Origin: a virus
Lineage: Duplodnaviria > Caudoviricetes
Virus record (IMG/VR): IMGVR_UViG_3300033069_001588
Location: 37,450 to 101,449 of that record
DNA length: 64,000 bases
Direction: 5' to 3' (one strand)
Under the pieces are notes generated by a model. That model had not been told where the DNA came from, ran no database searches, and worked only from the letters and a program-made list of their open reading frames with translations. The position numbers were made by a program, and so were the translations under genes. Positions 50,331 to 60,671 of this stretch are shown here, piece after piece. Numbering within the stretch: the first letter of the stretch is position 1; the number at the start of each line of letters is the position of its first letter.

Positions 50331-53300
50331 TTACCAACGATATTGTACGTATATGTTGCCAATAAATACATTTAAACTATTGCTGCTTTGCATACTTAGA
50401 TTAAATCTAACCATAGTGGTACCATTTTCTGTATTTTGATAAACATTTGTTGAAGGAGCAACTATTAGATTATCTAATAATGTAAACTGCAAGTTACCAG
50501 TATCAGAATCTGTTAATGATGTCACTGGATCTACAATAGATAATGTATACTGACTACTAGTTGTAGTCAAGGCGGTATTACCAACTGTTACAAATGCCTT
50601 CACTATTCTTGTTCTTTTGGGTATCAAAGTATATACAGGAATGGTCCATTGATAGTTGTCAAACAAACCACTTCCACTAACATATATTATTCTAACCGTT
50701 CCATTAGGATCATCTTGAGACCAAACATCTATTCCTCCTGGTACTGTACCAGAGAATACACGATGTGATGATCCATAGGTATGTTGTCCAGTTGAAACAT
50801 TAAAAGCTGTAGTTACAGTTTGATTTATATTTCTTTCAGCAATCCAATTTTTGGCATTTGTACTTACGTCATCCAATCTAATAACTTTATCAGTTGTCAT
50901 AGTTTGAGGAAGGATATCATTAATAAATGGAGAATCAAAGAAATTACCCATAATAACTCCTTTTGATTCAGCGCCATCCCAAGCACTGGGTGTTTCAAAA
51001 TTAGCAAATGCTACATAAGCAAAAATAGAATTGGTTCCTCTATAAATTCTATTGTTTTCTACAATACTGGTTTTTCCACCTAAAAGAATCAAAGATCCAT
51101 AATTAAAAGTCTCACCAACGCCCTTCAAAACATTATTAGTAATAGCACAAGAAGATTGACAATAAATATAACCTAAATTATATTTAAGAGAAGTTGGTGC
51201 AAAATTAATAGCATCCCAATAACCAGTATTAGTTATGTTACCTGAAATAATACAACAAGAATCATTACCTTCCCCTAATGTTTGAGTATTAACTAATGTA
51301 TGCTTGTTGGAACTAACAAAAATTGCATAACCAGAAGAAACATTAACCAAAGGAAATGCGGGGTTGTAAATAGCATTTGGTAAGTTTTCACCATAATTTA
51401 CTAAATATGTAGTGTCATAAGCACTTAAAGTATTATTTAGTATTCTTAAGGTTGAATTTTCTTCATATGCAATTCCAGTATGAATCCAATTACATTTATT
51501 TCTAACAATATCAATATTACCAGTTGAGTATTGTGTCTGATTAATAGACACACCAACAAACGGAGAAGAAATTCCAATTCTAGACATCAAGAAATATTTG
51601 CCTGTATTATCTAAATTAGCAATATAATGGCAAATATTATCACGAATAGTTAAACCAGTCATCTTATCATTAAATGTATTAACAACTGGAGACATAGATA
51701 TAATTTTAGTTTCTGATCCTACTAAATATCCGATAGTTCCACAGATGTTATTAGAAATCTCACAACCATGAACAGTTAAACCAGGAAATAACATAGCTCC
51801 AGATTTCAGCACTGAAGTAAGAATTATAGCTTGATTTTTATTGCAATAGTTGTTGGTAATAACAGAATTCAATAATGCTGGTTGAACTGCTGGTGGATTT
51901 ATAGTTGAAGCAGTGTTAATGATTGAAATAGCGGCTCTAATATCATCTTTAACACCGTTAACATTCAAATTCATAAACTTACAATTTTTGATTCGCAAAC
52001 TACTTAATACTGATACAAGTGTAGTTAATTCAAAATTGATAAAACTGTATCTATCATTTGAATTTGTTGCTGGAGCATAATTGAAAACAGCATTCTCAAT
52101 AAGAATATCATCTAATACTGTTGTTACGTGACCACAAATATATCCTTGACCACTGTTAACTAAGTTAAGTGGATCATATGATACGCCATCATATGAATCT
52201 GCTGTACTACCAGCATTAGGATTATATGTGGATGTTACAACAACATTAACTAACTTGAAGAAATTAGAATCGGTTATATCCACTAATTTGTTAAAGTTTC
52301 CACTAATTACTGAATTAGTAATAGAACAAATTGGAGAATTTACTAGAGTAAATACGTTTCCTGGAGTGACTGCGCCAGCAGAAATAACATAATTAGTTGT
52401 AATAACACAATTATCAACTTTAAAGTTAAGACTATTGTTTAAATAGAATACTGATCCCCTAAATACATTTACTGAATCGTATAGTGATGTAAATTGTACA
52501 TTTAAAGTACTGTCTTTAAATATAATGTTGTCACCATTCACAATATTGAATATTATATTGTTAACTGGTGCTGTAGATGGTACGTTTATAGTAATATTAC
52601 AGTTATCAAAAACAAGGTTTTTAACGTCATCTGGAACAAAAATATATCCATTAAAAATAATATCTAAGTTCTTAAATGTAATATTAGATCCCAATATTAC
52701 ATCACCATTCATTGTTAATAAAGCGTTATTAACACCATCAATTACTACGCTATTAGTAAAATCTAAATACATACGAGCAGTAATGGTAGCATTATCGACA
52801 TTTGCGCCCTTAACAAAAGCAGTACCATTAAACTTATTGTTGTATTTGATCCAATTAAATATAGCTTCTGGTTTTTTGAAATTTCCTTGAGCCTCATCTG
52901 AGGTTAATTTTAATGGAAGATTACTATCAGCGTCATTAATATATTTTCTGGCGTCTGTAACTGTTAAAGTAACAGTAGGAGATGTTGAAACTGTTACTAT
53001 TGAAGAAACAATATAAAGAGGTACTAAATCTTTTCTTTTGTTAATTATATCTGAAAAAGTGGATGCGTCAATGTAATATAATAAACCATTTACAACGTTA
53101 ATTGCTTGAAAACGCCTATTAGGATTAGTTGGTGTATTTTGCCACTGATCAAAATCTAATAATGGTATTGGTTGATATTCTCCTTTATCATTAACACACA
53201 ATACCCAATTAATATTATATAATGATCCAAAACTTTCTTTAATAGCAGGTATAGTTACAGTTTCATTATTAACAGAAATCAACTTCCCATTTACCAAAAC

Positions 53301-56237
53301 TAAACCACCATTCAAATAAATCTGATTTCCATTTGGATTCGTTAAGGTTCCAGGGTCTTGCAAATCAAAACCACGAATAACCCCATTAGAGTGTAACAAC
53401 TTTTCAGGCAAAGAAATAAAACCAAGCGCAGAAGTACTTAAATCCTTTTCACTGGTGTTACCAAATTGTCTTTCATCACGAAGATAATTAACAGTATTAG
53501 TAACATCATTTACTTGACATGTTCCAATCAACATTATCTCTTCATCTAAAGAAAGTGTTGGGAACAATTGAAAATCAATATATTGATCAACAAATCCAGC
53601 AATAGAAATATTGTTTTCAAATAATACATCGACGTAATCTATGTTTGTCTCATCATAGAATCTAGTAATTTGACCTAATTTACCAGTTGTAGTTGGTCCA
53701 TTATGAGTAGAAGTCAATCCATCATAAGATACCAAGTTTCCTACAAATATTCCTGTTAAATTATCCAAATCTACTATGTGTAACGTAATTTTATTAACAG
53801 TTCCAAATTGATATCCTCTTAATTTAGAACTAACTTTCATAATGTTCAATTTGGATAATTCAGAGAATGTATGCAATGGAACGTTATTAATATCGAAAGT
53901 TACCCCACTAGCATTTATTCTAGTTCTTTCATGCGTAAATGATTTTCCATTTTGATCAACATACACTTCAAAATGTCTCTTAAATGGACCAGCATTACTG
54001 AAATCTGTGGAGCTTTCTTTATTGAAAGATACAGAGCCAGCATTAAATCCAATTTCAACTACATTTCCAACTGCCAATGTAGCAGTTGGAGAAACACTGG
54101 TAGCGTGAACTGCATCATATACAGTAATATCTGTATACGGATCTACAGGGTTTGGCGTTGGGCATGGACATACTGGTATATTGAAAGTTATATCTTGGAT
54201 AATGAATCTACCAAAATCTACTAAGTTACCTTGTCCAGCAGATTGTACAACAAGAGTTTTGCCAACCTTCAATCCAGAAGTAGATAGATCTAATGGTATA
54301 CGATACGTAACTTGTACTCTACCATTTGGTGATGGTCCAGGGAATACATTAATAGCTTGTATAGTGGCATTCCAATAACCATCACCATATCCATCAACTA
54401 ATTGATCAATATCTAAAGCCAACTTATCTTTTTCGATACCATTGACATAAAAATTATTTCTCTTTAACGGCAAAAATATCTTAGTTGGAACTAAAGCAGC
54501 TTCAACTGATTCATATGATATTTGATACAACGGGCTTGCCCAATTTCCACCATTAACACCAAATCCTAATGGATCAATAGTAGATGTTCCAGCTCCTGGA
54601 AATACATCCACTACATTATTTGGGAAGTTAACTCCGGTAGCTAATGAATCATAAGTACCATCACTTCCAACAACTGCACTTACAATGGAAAAACCGGCAT
54701 TTCTATAAGAATCTGCCAACATAATTCCAAATTCACCCTGATGAGAAAAAGCAATAAATCTGTAATTAAAACCAACTTGTCTCATTGCGGCGTTTGTAGT
54801 TTCTACTACAGAATCTAATGTATAAAGACCTGGTGTTTTTCCACGATTACCAGTAACATCAATAGCTGGTAAAACCGTATATCCATCTTGCGGATGACCA
54901 GTTGTATATAGTACCAAATATAAAAGATAATGTGATGCATTTAATTGATCTGGATTGAATCCAATACCTAAAACTTGAGCACCATATGGACTACCAATAA
55001 TCAAACTTGGAATTTCATTGAATGAATTATTAACTGGCGCAATAGCTAATACACCATGTTTGTTATTGTTGAATAATGGTCTATCTATGCGCGCAGAAGC
55101 ATTTGTAGTATAAAATAGATTTTTACCATTTATTCTAACTACATACTTTTTAACACCGCCATTTTGTACATATTTTTTTTCTTTAATAACAAAACTTACT
55201 TCTACGGCGCCATAATTGACTCTAATAATGTCACCAATCTTGATCAAAGCAAATTTTTCATCAAATGAATTAGAACTTATTTCACTATCAATAGGTTTAA
55301 ATTCAATGATGTCATCACCAACATTAATATCATCTACTGGAAAACTACTAGAACCAATATTTAATAGATATGTAATAACTGCAGTATTTGTAATAATAGG
55401 TGACCCATAACCATCAGCAACCAAACTTGATGATCTTGATGATCTAGAAATACCATTTGTATATAGGTTTTGTATTCTAGTGCCTAATAAAAAGATACTA
55501 GAACTGTCTACGAAATCAGCAAATTGTTGCAAATCTTGAGCAGTTTGTGGAACTGTTGAAAATCTACTTGTATTTAACCAAATTCCACTAGCAGTATGAC
55601 CATAATTAGCAGGATATGTAGATCCATCAATAGTTGTAATTAATTGTGTGCTACTGCCACTGCCATCTAAAAATTGATGGACCAGCAATTCATGATTCAT
55701 GTCATTAACTAATGTATATGAATCATGATTGTCTCTTAAACCATTAAATCTATTGAATAGATATTTAGACGAATCACTACTCACATCTATTTGATTTAGT
55801 TCATGCCTATAGATAGCGCCTAAAAGATGTGGTTCTAATTTAATTCCTGTTAAAGAAATCCAACTTAAACTAGTATTAATGCTACTTGATATGTCTTGAA
55901 TATAGTTGAATAAATCTTGTGTTCTGTGATCTAGTCTCAATTTAGATTCTGGTATTTCAGCAGAATTAGAAATTTGATCATTAGTGATTGGTAAAGTAAC
56001 CAATCCCAAACTAGTAATAGCAGATGATTTAATTGAACCATCTGGTTCTAATGAGATACCTAACCTTTCAGAAATAGAATTAGTTGTACCAGCACCACCT
56101 AAGCCTAAATACTGTTGTGTATTAAATGCTGCATCACGCAATGCATTAATTGCTTCAGCCCCCAAATCCTGAATATTATCGTTAATTGGAGGTAAAGTTG
56201 TATCATCATCAAAATCGTTTGGGAAATTGCTACTCAT
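50331..56237 (-). CDS. Giant virion fibre/spike with C-terminal pectin-lyase-like beta-helix
   Basis: N-terminal NFPNDFDD...AEAINALRDA; Asn-ladder repeats NITFKNL, NLVFDNCNI, NIIFKDSTL, FKVDNCVI, ISNNIC, IRDNIC. Confidence 0.65.
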   Translation of the reverse strand: MSSNFPNDFDDDTTLPPINDNIQDLGAEAINALRDAAFNTQQYLGLGGAGTTNSISERLGISLEPDGSIKSSAITSLGLVTLPITNDQISNSAEIPESKLRLDHRTQDLFNYIQDISSSINTSLSWISLTGIKLEPHLLGAIYRHELNQIDVSSDSSKYLFNRFNGLRDNHDSYTLVNDMNHELLVHQFLDGSGSSTQLITTIDGSTYPANYGHTASGIWLNTSRFSTVPQTAQDLQQFADFVDSSSIFLLGTRIQNLYTNGISRSSRSSSLVADGYGSPIITNTAVITYLLNIGSSSFPVDDINVGDDIIEFKPIDSEISSNSFDEKFALIKIGDIIRVNYGAVEVSFVIKEKKYVQNGGVKKYVVRINGKNLFYTTNASARIDRPLFNNNKHGVLAIAPVNNSFNEIPSLIIGSPYGAQVLGIGFNPDQLNASHYLLYLVLYTTGHPQDGYTVLPAIDVTGNRGKTPGLYTLDSVVETTNAAMRQVGFNYRFIAFSHQGEFGIMLADSYRNAGFSIVSAVVGSDGTYDSLATGVNFPNNVVDVFPGAGTSTIDPLGFGVNGGNWASPLYQISYESVEAALVPTKIFLPLKRNNFYVNGIEKDKLALDIDQLVDGYGDGYWNATIQAINVFPGPSPNGRVQVTYRIPLDLSTSGLKVGKTLVVQSAGQGNLVDFGRFIIQDITFNIPVCPCPTPNPVDPYTDITVYDAVHATSVSPTATLAVGNVVEIGFNAGSVSFNKESSTDFSNAGPFKRHFEVYVDQNGKSFTHERTRINASGVTFDINNVPLHTFSELSKLNIMKVSSKLRGYQFGTVNKITLHIVDLDNLTGIFVGNLVSYDGLTSTHNGPTTTGKLGQITRFYDETNIDYVDVLFENNISIAGFVDQYIDFQLFPTLSLDEEIMLIGTCQVNDVTNTVNYLRDERQFGNTSEKDLSTSALGFISLPEKLLHSNGVIRGFDLQDPGTLTNPNGNQIYLNGGLVLVNGKLISVNNETVTIPAIKESFGSLYNINWVLCVNDKGEYQPIPLLDFDQWQNTPTNPNRRFQAINVVNGLLYYIDASTFSDIINKRKDLVPLYIVSSIVTVSTSPTVTLTVTDARKYINDADSNLPLKLTSDEAQGNFKKPEAIFNWIKYNNKFNGTAFVKGANVDNATITARMYLDFTNSVVIDGVNNALLTMNGDVILGSNITFKNLDIIFNGYIFVPDDVKNLVFDNCNITINVPSTAPVNNIIFNIVNGDNIIFKDSTLNVQFTSLYDSVNVFRGSVFYLNNSLNFKVDNCVITTNYVISAGAVTPGNVFTLVNSPICSITNSVISGNFNKLVDITDSNFFKLVNVVVTSTYNPNAGSTADSYDGVSYDPLNLVNSGQGYICGHVTTVLDDILIENAVFNYAPATNSNDRYSFINFELTTLVSVLSSLRIKNCKFMNLNVNGVKDDIRAAISIINTASTINPPAVQPALLNSVITNNYCNKNQAIILTSVLKSGAMLFPGLTVHGCEISNNICGTIGYLVGSETKIISMSPVVNTFNDKMTGLTIRDNICHYIANLDNTGKYFLMSRIGISSPFVGVSINQTQYSTGNIDIVRNKCNWIHTGIAYEENSTLRILNNTLSAYDTTYLVNYGENLPNAIYNPAFPLVNVSSGYAIFVSSNKHTLVNTQTLGEGNDSCCIISGNITNTGYWDAINFAPTSLKYNLGYIYCQSSCAITNNVLKGVGETFNYGSLILLGGKTSIVENNRIYRGTNSIFAYVAFANFETPSAWDGAESKGVIMGNFFDSPFINDILPQTMTTDKVIRLDDVSTNAKNWIAERNINQTVTTAFNVSTGQHTYGSSHRVFSGTVPGGIDVWSQDDPNGTVRIIYVSGSGLFDNYQWTIPVYTLIPKRTRIVKAFVTVGNTALTTTSSQYTLSIVDPVTSLTDSDTGNLQFTLLDNLIVAPSTNVYQNTENGTTMVRFNLSMQSSNSLNVFIGNIYVQYRW

Positions 56238-56272
56238 TTTATCACCGTATATTTAAGTGAATATAACTTAAC

Positions 56273-56692
56273 TTATTCTTTATTGATTGATTCACTAACA
56301 CGTTTTACTAAAGCATCTGCCGTTGGGTCTTCAACTGGAACAGTTCCTGGAGGTAAAGATGCTGCTAACTTTTGATTAAAGAATGCTTTTACTATCCTAT
56401 ATAATAAAGTTGACAATAAACCGGCTACCAAACCAAAAACTAATCTACCACCAGCCGCAGAAATACCCTCTGGATAAGGATAATTTTTGATTAAAATAGC
56501 AGAAAAAGATCCTAAAATTACTGGCGTGATTGGTAATATCAAATCATTCCATAATTTAGATTCTTTAGCCATAACTTTAACGTTAGCTAATAAGTACTCA
56601 ACAACAGTTCTTAATACAGATGTTACTGCTACTATGCTTAAACTAAAAATTATAAACTGCCAACTCATCAATATTTGCAAAATATTATCCAT
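56273..56692 (-). CDS. Three-TM membrane protein, holin-like
   Basis: Three hydrophobic segments, charged C-terminal tail; GGGAGA RBS before ATG 56692. Confidence 0.55.
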   Translation of the reverse strand: MDNILQILMSWQFIIFSLSIVAVTSVLRTVVEYLLANVKVMAKESKLWNDLILPITPVILGSFSAILIKNYPYPEGISAAGGRLVFGLVAGLLSTLLYRIVKAFFNQKLAASLPPGTVPVEDPTADALVKRVSESINKE

Positions 56693-56746
56693 AGATTTCT
56701 CCCTATGGGTATGCAAAGTAATTAATATATGATTTACTAAATCATT

Positions 56747-58066
56747 TTAACAATCTAATGATTCTACATTAAAATCTGATGAAATACTCCCATTATAACA
56801 ACTATCTTCTTTTACAACAAATGTAGCTGTTAATATATAATTTCCTATGCTTGTAGTATGATTTGGAATTGTTACTGTTACAGTAGTTTCCGTACCATAA
56901 CCTTCAACATCAAATGGTCCGAGTGTAATTCCATGTCCATCTCTAAACAATTCTAGTATAACTGTACCTATTAATTCTCCTGGAGGTGATATTGAAGAGA
57001 TTTTAATATCATAATTTGTATCAACACCAATACAAAGGCTGGAAGGACCAATTATTACTGTAGTAGTGTCAAAAATACTAGGAGATAGTGTCAAACTACC
57101 TGATGAACTACTATTAGCATAACAATATCCATCACTAATATAATTAGCAGTAACATTCCAAAAAGTTCCAGGATCAAATGTATTTCCAAGAACCAAAAGA
57201 CTAGCGCTACCATCAACAATCTCTGTTGTTCCAAGATCCATTGTGGTGTAACCATCAGTGCAAGTGAATTGCACTGAACCAACAGATGGCGGCGGAAGAA
57301 GAGAAGCAATTGTACCAGAAATTAAAGTAATATTTTGATGAATACAGAATATAGGATTATCCGATATGCTGGCAACTGTAGTTGTTACATCATTCGAAAT
57401 AGAATGTAAAGTTTTTCCTAATATTCCGCCAGGAGATTCGCTAGAATTCCAACATCCATAACCATCATATACGGCTTGTAACCAATAATCATATCCATCT
57501 GTAGTAGTAAAAGCAGGAATTATACTGGTAGCATCACCCAAATCATTTAATGTTGCTGAGGATAATTCTACAAAATTTATATCATCACTATACAATATAA
57601 ATCTTACTGAGCCAGATGGAAGTGGTCCAGAAACTGGTGTAACGTGCGCTGAAATGAACATTGGTTGAGCATAACAAAAATAAAGATTATTTACTGTAAG
57701 AATAGTAGTAGTTGTAGTGGTCAATCCTATATTGTAATTTGAAATATCACTAGTGCTTGTTTCAAATAAATTATGAACCCCACTATAGATAGCTATGTAT
57801 TTTCCTAAAGACACGTTAAGAGTAGTAGATATAACTACCGAACCCGCCGTTAATGTTCCGGTAGCTAATACAGTTCCACTTACAGTATTAATAATTGATA
57901 CAGTTCCTGTAGGAGTAGGTCCTCCACCAGTGTTATTTGTTACTGTTACATGAAAAGTTATTGTATCTCCACAATTAGGTAAAGTTGGAGATATACTAGT
58001 AATTGTCGTCGTAGTACGGTAAATATTCAATCTACCAATATACATTAAACCTCTTCCTAATGGCAT
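56747..58066 (-). CDS. Bacterial Ig-like (Big_3-type) repeat protein, probable virion surface protein
   Basis: About four repeats TTT(T)...(P)SG/TG-S/T-V-x-F...G-A...Y/W..TA.Y. Confidence 0.75.
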   Translation of the reverse strand: MPLGRGLMYIGRLNIYRTTTTITSISPTLPNCGDTITFHVTVTNNTGGGPTPTGTVSIINTVSGTVLATGTLTAGSVVISTTLNVSLGKYIAIYSGVHNLFETSTSDISNYNIGLTTTTTTILTVNNLYFCYAQPMFISAHVTPVSGPLPSGSVRFILYSDDINFVELSSATLNDLGDATSIIPAFTTTDGYDYWLQAVYDGYGCWNSSESPGGILGKTLHSISNDVTTTVASISDNPIFCIHQNITLISGTIASLLPPPSVGSVQFTCTDGYTTMDLGTTEIVDGSASLLVLGNTFDPGTFWNVTANYISDGYCYANSSSSGSLTLSPSIFDTTTVIIGPSSLCIGVDTNYDIKISSISPPGELIGTVILELFRDGHGITLGPFDVEGYGTETTVTVTIPNHTTSIGNYILTATFVVKEDSCYNGSISSDFNVESLDC

Positions 58067-58067
58067 A

Positions 58068-59396
58068 TTATCCTTGTGACATTGCTAGTTGTATAATTAC
58101 TAACCAGTTAACAGTATTAGTTCCAGAAAATCCTGTGTAAACTTGTAAATTATTTCCAGATGTAGTAATAGTTGGAATTGTCCAACTTGCGGCAGCTCCA
58201 GTAGTTGTTCTAGCATCTGCATTAGTGACACTGCCCATTGCTATTGGACTTCCAGTTGTTCTTAAGTAACCCATACTTAAGTTAAATTCGGCGCCATCAG
58301 CAGCGCTTGTAGCTTTACCCGTAAAGATAACATCAATTTTAATTGAAGTATTATCTGGTATAGCAAAAGAAAATGCCAAAGCAGCCGCTCCAACAGAAGA
58401 AGTTACATATGAACGATATGTATAAGTTTGCTGTCCGGCAGATCCCCAGATACTAGGATTTGGGATAGACCCGACTGAAAAATTATCTCCATCCGCTTGT
58501 TTTACCCATAGCTGACCGCCAGATGAATATACAATTGTTCCATTCAATGGATTTCCAATTGTTGGTGGGGTTACGGTATCTCTAACATACATTACAAGAT
58601 CACCTGTATTGGCAGGCATATCCAAATTTGTTAATGGTCCATTATGTAACAATGACAATACTCTGCGATTAGCTGCTATTTCTGTTGCTTCCAACATAGT
58701 AGTGCCGGCAGAATCCAAAGCTAATGTTACTCCGCCTTTTAATCCTCCAGAACCTGGACTACCACCAGTAATAATTGCATCTCCTCCATTTTTGGAGGAA
58801 CCTGAAGCGCTCTGTGCTCTTACAGTAAAATCTGCTCCATGATTTAATACTGTTACCGATTGAGAAATAACAGGAATTATTCCATTGATCCAAGTTAATC
58901 CGCTTGAAGATACTCTAGTAGATCCTAAAACGCCAGTTAATCCAATAACTTGCTGTATAGCGTTAGTACCAGCTAAATCCCCACTAGCACTAAATGCATT
59001 AACAGCCGGTGATGGCATCCAAGAAGAGGATCCTCCATCCCATGTCAAAACGTCTCCGCTACTTGGAGGCAATGTACTAACTGATCTGCCTTGTATTTTA
59101 GTTACTAATACATTGGTAGCAGTTCCACCAATATCTCCATTTAATTGAATTATACCCTTACTAACAGTAGTGGCATCATCAATAACTGGAGGTGTTACAA
59201 TAGTAGTTAATCTTTCAATAGCTTCTTGTACATTTGAAACTACTTGAGACTCAATAGTTATCAATGGTGATAAATCTATTTGATCAGCTTTGTGTCTAAA
59301 ATTAGCACCATCAACGTGATTTTGAAAATCAAATCTATCGGTGGCTAATCTGCCAACATCTTTTTTATAATTTGGTACGGGAGGTATATTAGTCAT
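58068..59396 (-). CDS. Fibre/whisker-like virion protein
   Basis: DDATTVSKGIIQLNGDIGGT fibre repeat; GDVLTWDG; Gly-rich segments. Confidence 0.65.
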   Translation of the reverse strand: MTNIPPVPNYKKDVGRLATDRFDFQNHVDGANFRHKADQIDLSPLITIESQVVSNVQEAIERLTTIVTPPVIDDATTVSKGIIQLNGDIGGTATNVLVTKIQGRSVSTLPPSSGDVLTWDGGSSSWMPSPAVNAFSASGDLAGTNAIQQVIGLTGVLGSTRVSSSGLTWINGIIPVISQSVTVLNHGADFTVRAQSASGSSKNGGDAIITGGSPGSGGLKGGVTLALDSAGTTMLEATEIAANRRVLSLLHNGPLTNLDMPANTGDLVMYVRDTVTPPTIGNPLNGTIVYSSGGQLWVKQADGDNFSVGSIPNPSIWGSAGQQTYTYRSYVTSSVGAAALAFSFAIPDNTSIKIDVIFTGKATSAADGAEFNLSMGYLRTTGSPIAMGSVTNADARTTTGAAASWTIPTITTSGNNLQVYTGFSGTNTVNWLVIIQLAMSQG

Positions 59397-59895
59397 TATG
59401 ACCTTCCATTTTGTATTGTTTAACTAGCTGTAAAATTTTTTTGCTCAATATTTTTATCTTCTTATCATCTTTATCTATTTGCGCTCTAGCAAATTGCTGT
59501 AAAACTTTCATTTGAGCAGGTTGAAAAAACCATTGTACCAACGCATCATCTATGTGTACATTAAAATGTTCTTGCAATAACATTTTAATATTTTTTGTCA
59601 TTTTTTCTCTGTAATCTCTAACTATTTTATCTATTTGTTCTTGTTGAGACAATGGTGGATTTTTTTGTAAATGTTCCTGACGCTTTCTTTCCTGCTCTTC
59701 AAAAAGCTTATTTTTTATTAATTCTTCCTGTTTTTGTTTTTCAGTGATTCTTTTAATATACGCTTTATACATGGGATCATTGCGATTTTTTCTAAAACGT
59801 TCATTCATTAATTCGCGCTCAGCTTTTTCTTCTTCACTTTCTGCCAAGGATAAAAAACTATCAATATTCTTAATAAGCTCATTTATTTTTTTCAT
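59389..59895 (-). CDS. Charged coiled-coil protein with shared N-terminal leader
   Basis: MKKINELIKNIDSFLSLA then a K/E/Q-rich helix. Confidence 0.65.
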   Translation of the reverse strand: MKKINELIKNIDSFLSLAESEEEKAERELMNERFRKNRNDPMYKAYIKRITEKQKQEELIKNKLFEEQERKRQEHLQKNPPLSQQEQIDKIVRDYREKMTKNIKMLLQEHFNVHIDDALVQWFFQPAQMKVLQQFARAQIDKDDKKIKILSKKILQLVKQYKMEGHND

Positions 59896-60652
59896 AGTTA
59901 CCCTGATGATTATATATCCTTATTATCTTAGCTACAGAATTATATTTTAAATTAAATTGTATTGCTAACTGTTTTTTAGTATACAAGCCTGTCAAATATA
60001 ATTTGACTATTTCATTTTTAATTTCAATAGGAATACGAAAAGAACGGTCTTGATTTTTAGCTGCTTCACTATTTCTTTTTTTATGTTCTTCTGTTAGAGA
60101 GCCTCGTAATCTCATGGATTGGAAATTGGACATTTTTTTTCTTGTTTCATCACTAACAGTTTTTCCAAATCTTCCGTTGTTTTCACCAGAATTTGCCACG
60201 GAAATTTTTTGTCTAACTTCTTTAGTAATAATTTTTCCTTTATGGCTTTCTGAGATCTTTTTATTATGTTCATCAGTATGTTTTCTACCTAGCATTTTTA
60301 ATCTTCTTTTTTCTTTACTTTCTTCAGATACATTAATCGCGCCATCACCACCCGAAGTCAAGTTGTATCCATAATTTTTATCTTGTGTTTTTAACATAGA
60401 TATCCAAAAAATCTCTTTTTCATTAACATTAATTTCATTACATACTTCAATAGTTTCCAAGAGAAAATTCTCTTTTCCATATTTTTTTATAGCTTTGTGG
60501 ATAATTTGAAAATGATTATCTGATTCTGAAAATGTTTCAGAGATCTTAACGTGACGGGCAAATCTAGAAATAACGTTTTTAGTTTTTCCAATATACATTT
60601 TACCATTAACTTTATTTGTGATTTTATATATATAATGTAGGGTCATATTCAT
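59879..60652 (-). CDS. GIY-YIG homing endonuclease with NUMOD3-type repeats and HTH
   Basis: HYIYKITNKVNGKMYIGKT; GYNLTSGGDG; start likely ATG 60652 or 60646. Confidence 0.88.
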   Translation of the reverse strand: MNMTLHYIYKITNKVNGKMYIGKTKNVISRFARHVKISETFSESDNHFQIIHKAIKKYGKENFLLETIEVCNEINVNEKEIFWISMLKTQDKNYGYNLTSGGDGAINVSEESKEKRRLKMLGRKHTDEHNKKISESHKGKIITKEVRQKISVANSGENNGRFGKTVSDETRKKMSNFQSMRLRGSLTEEHKKRNSEAAKNQDRSFRIPIEIKNEIVKLYLTGLYTKKQLAIQFNLKYNSVAKIIRIYNHQGNYEKNK

Positions 60653-60671
60653 ATAGTAAAATATTATTAGA

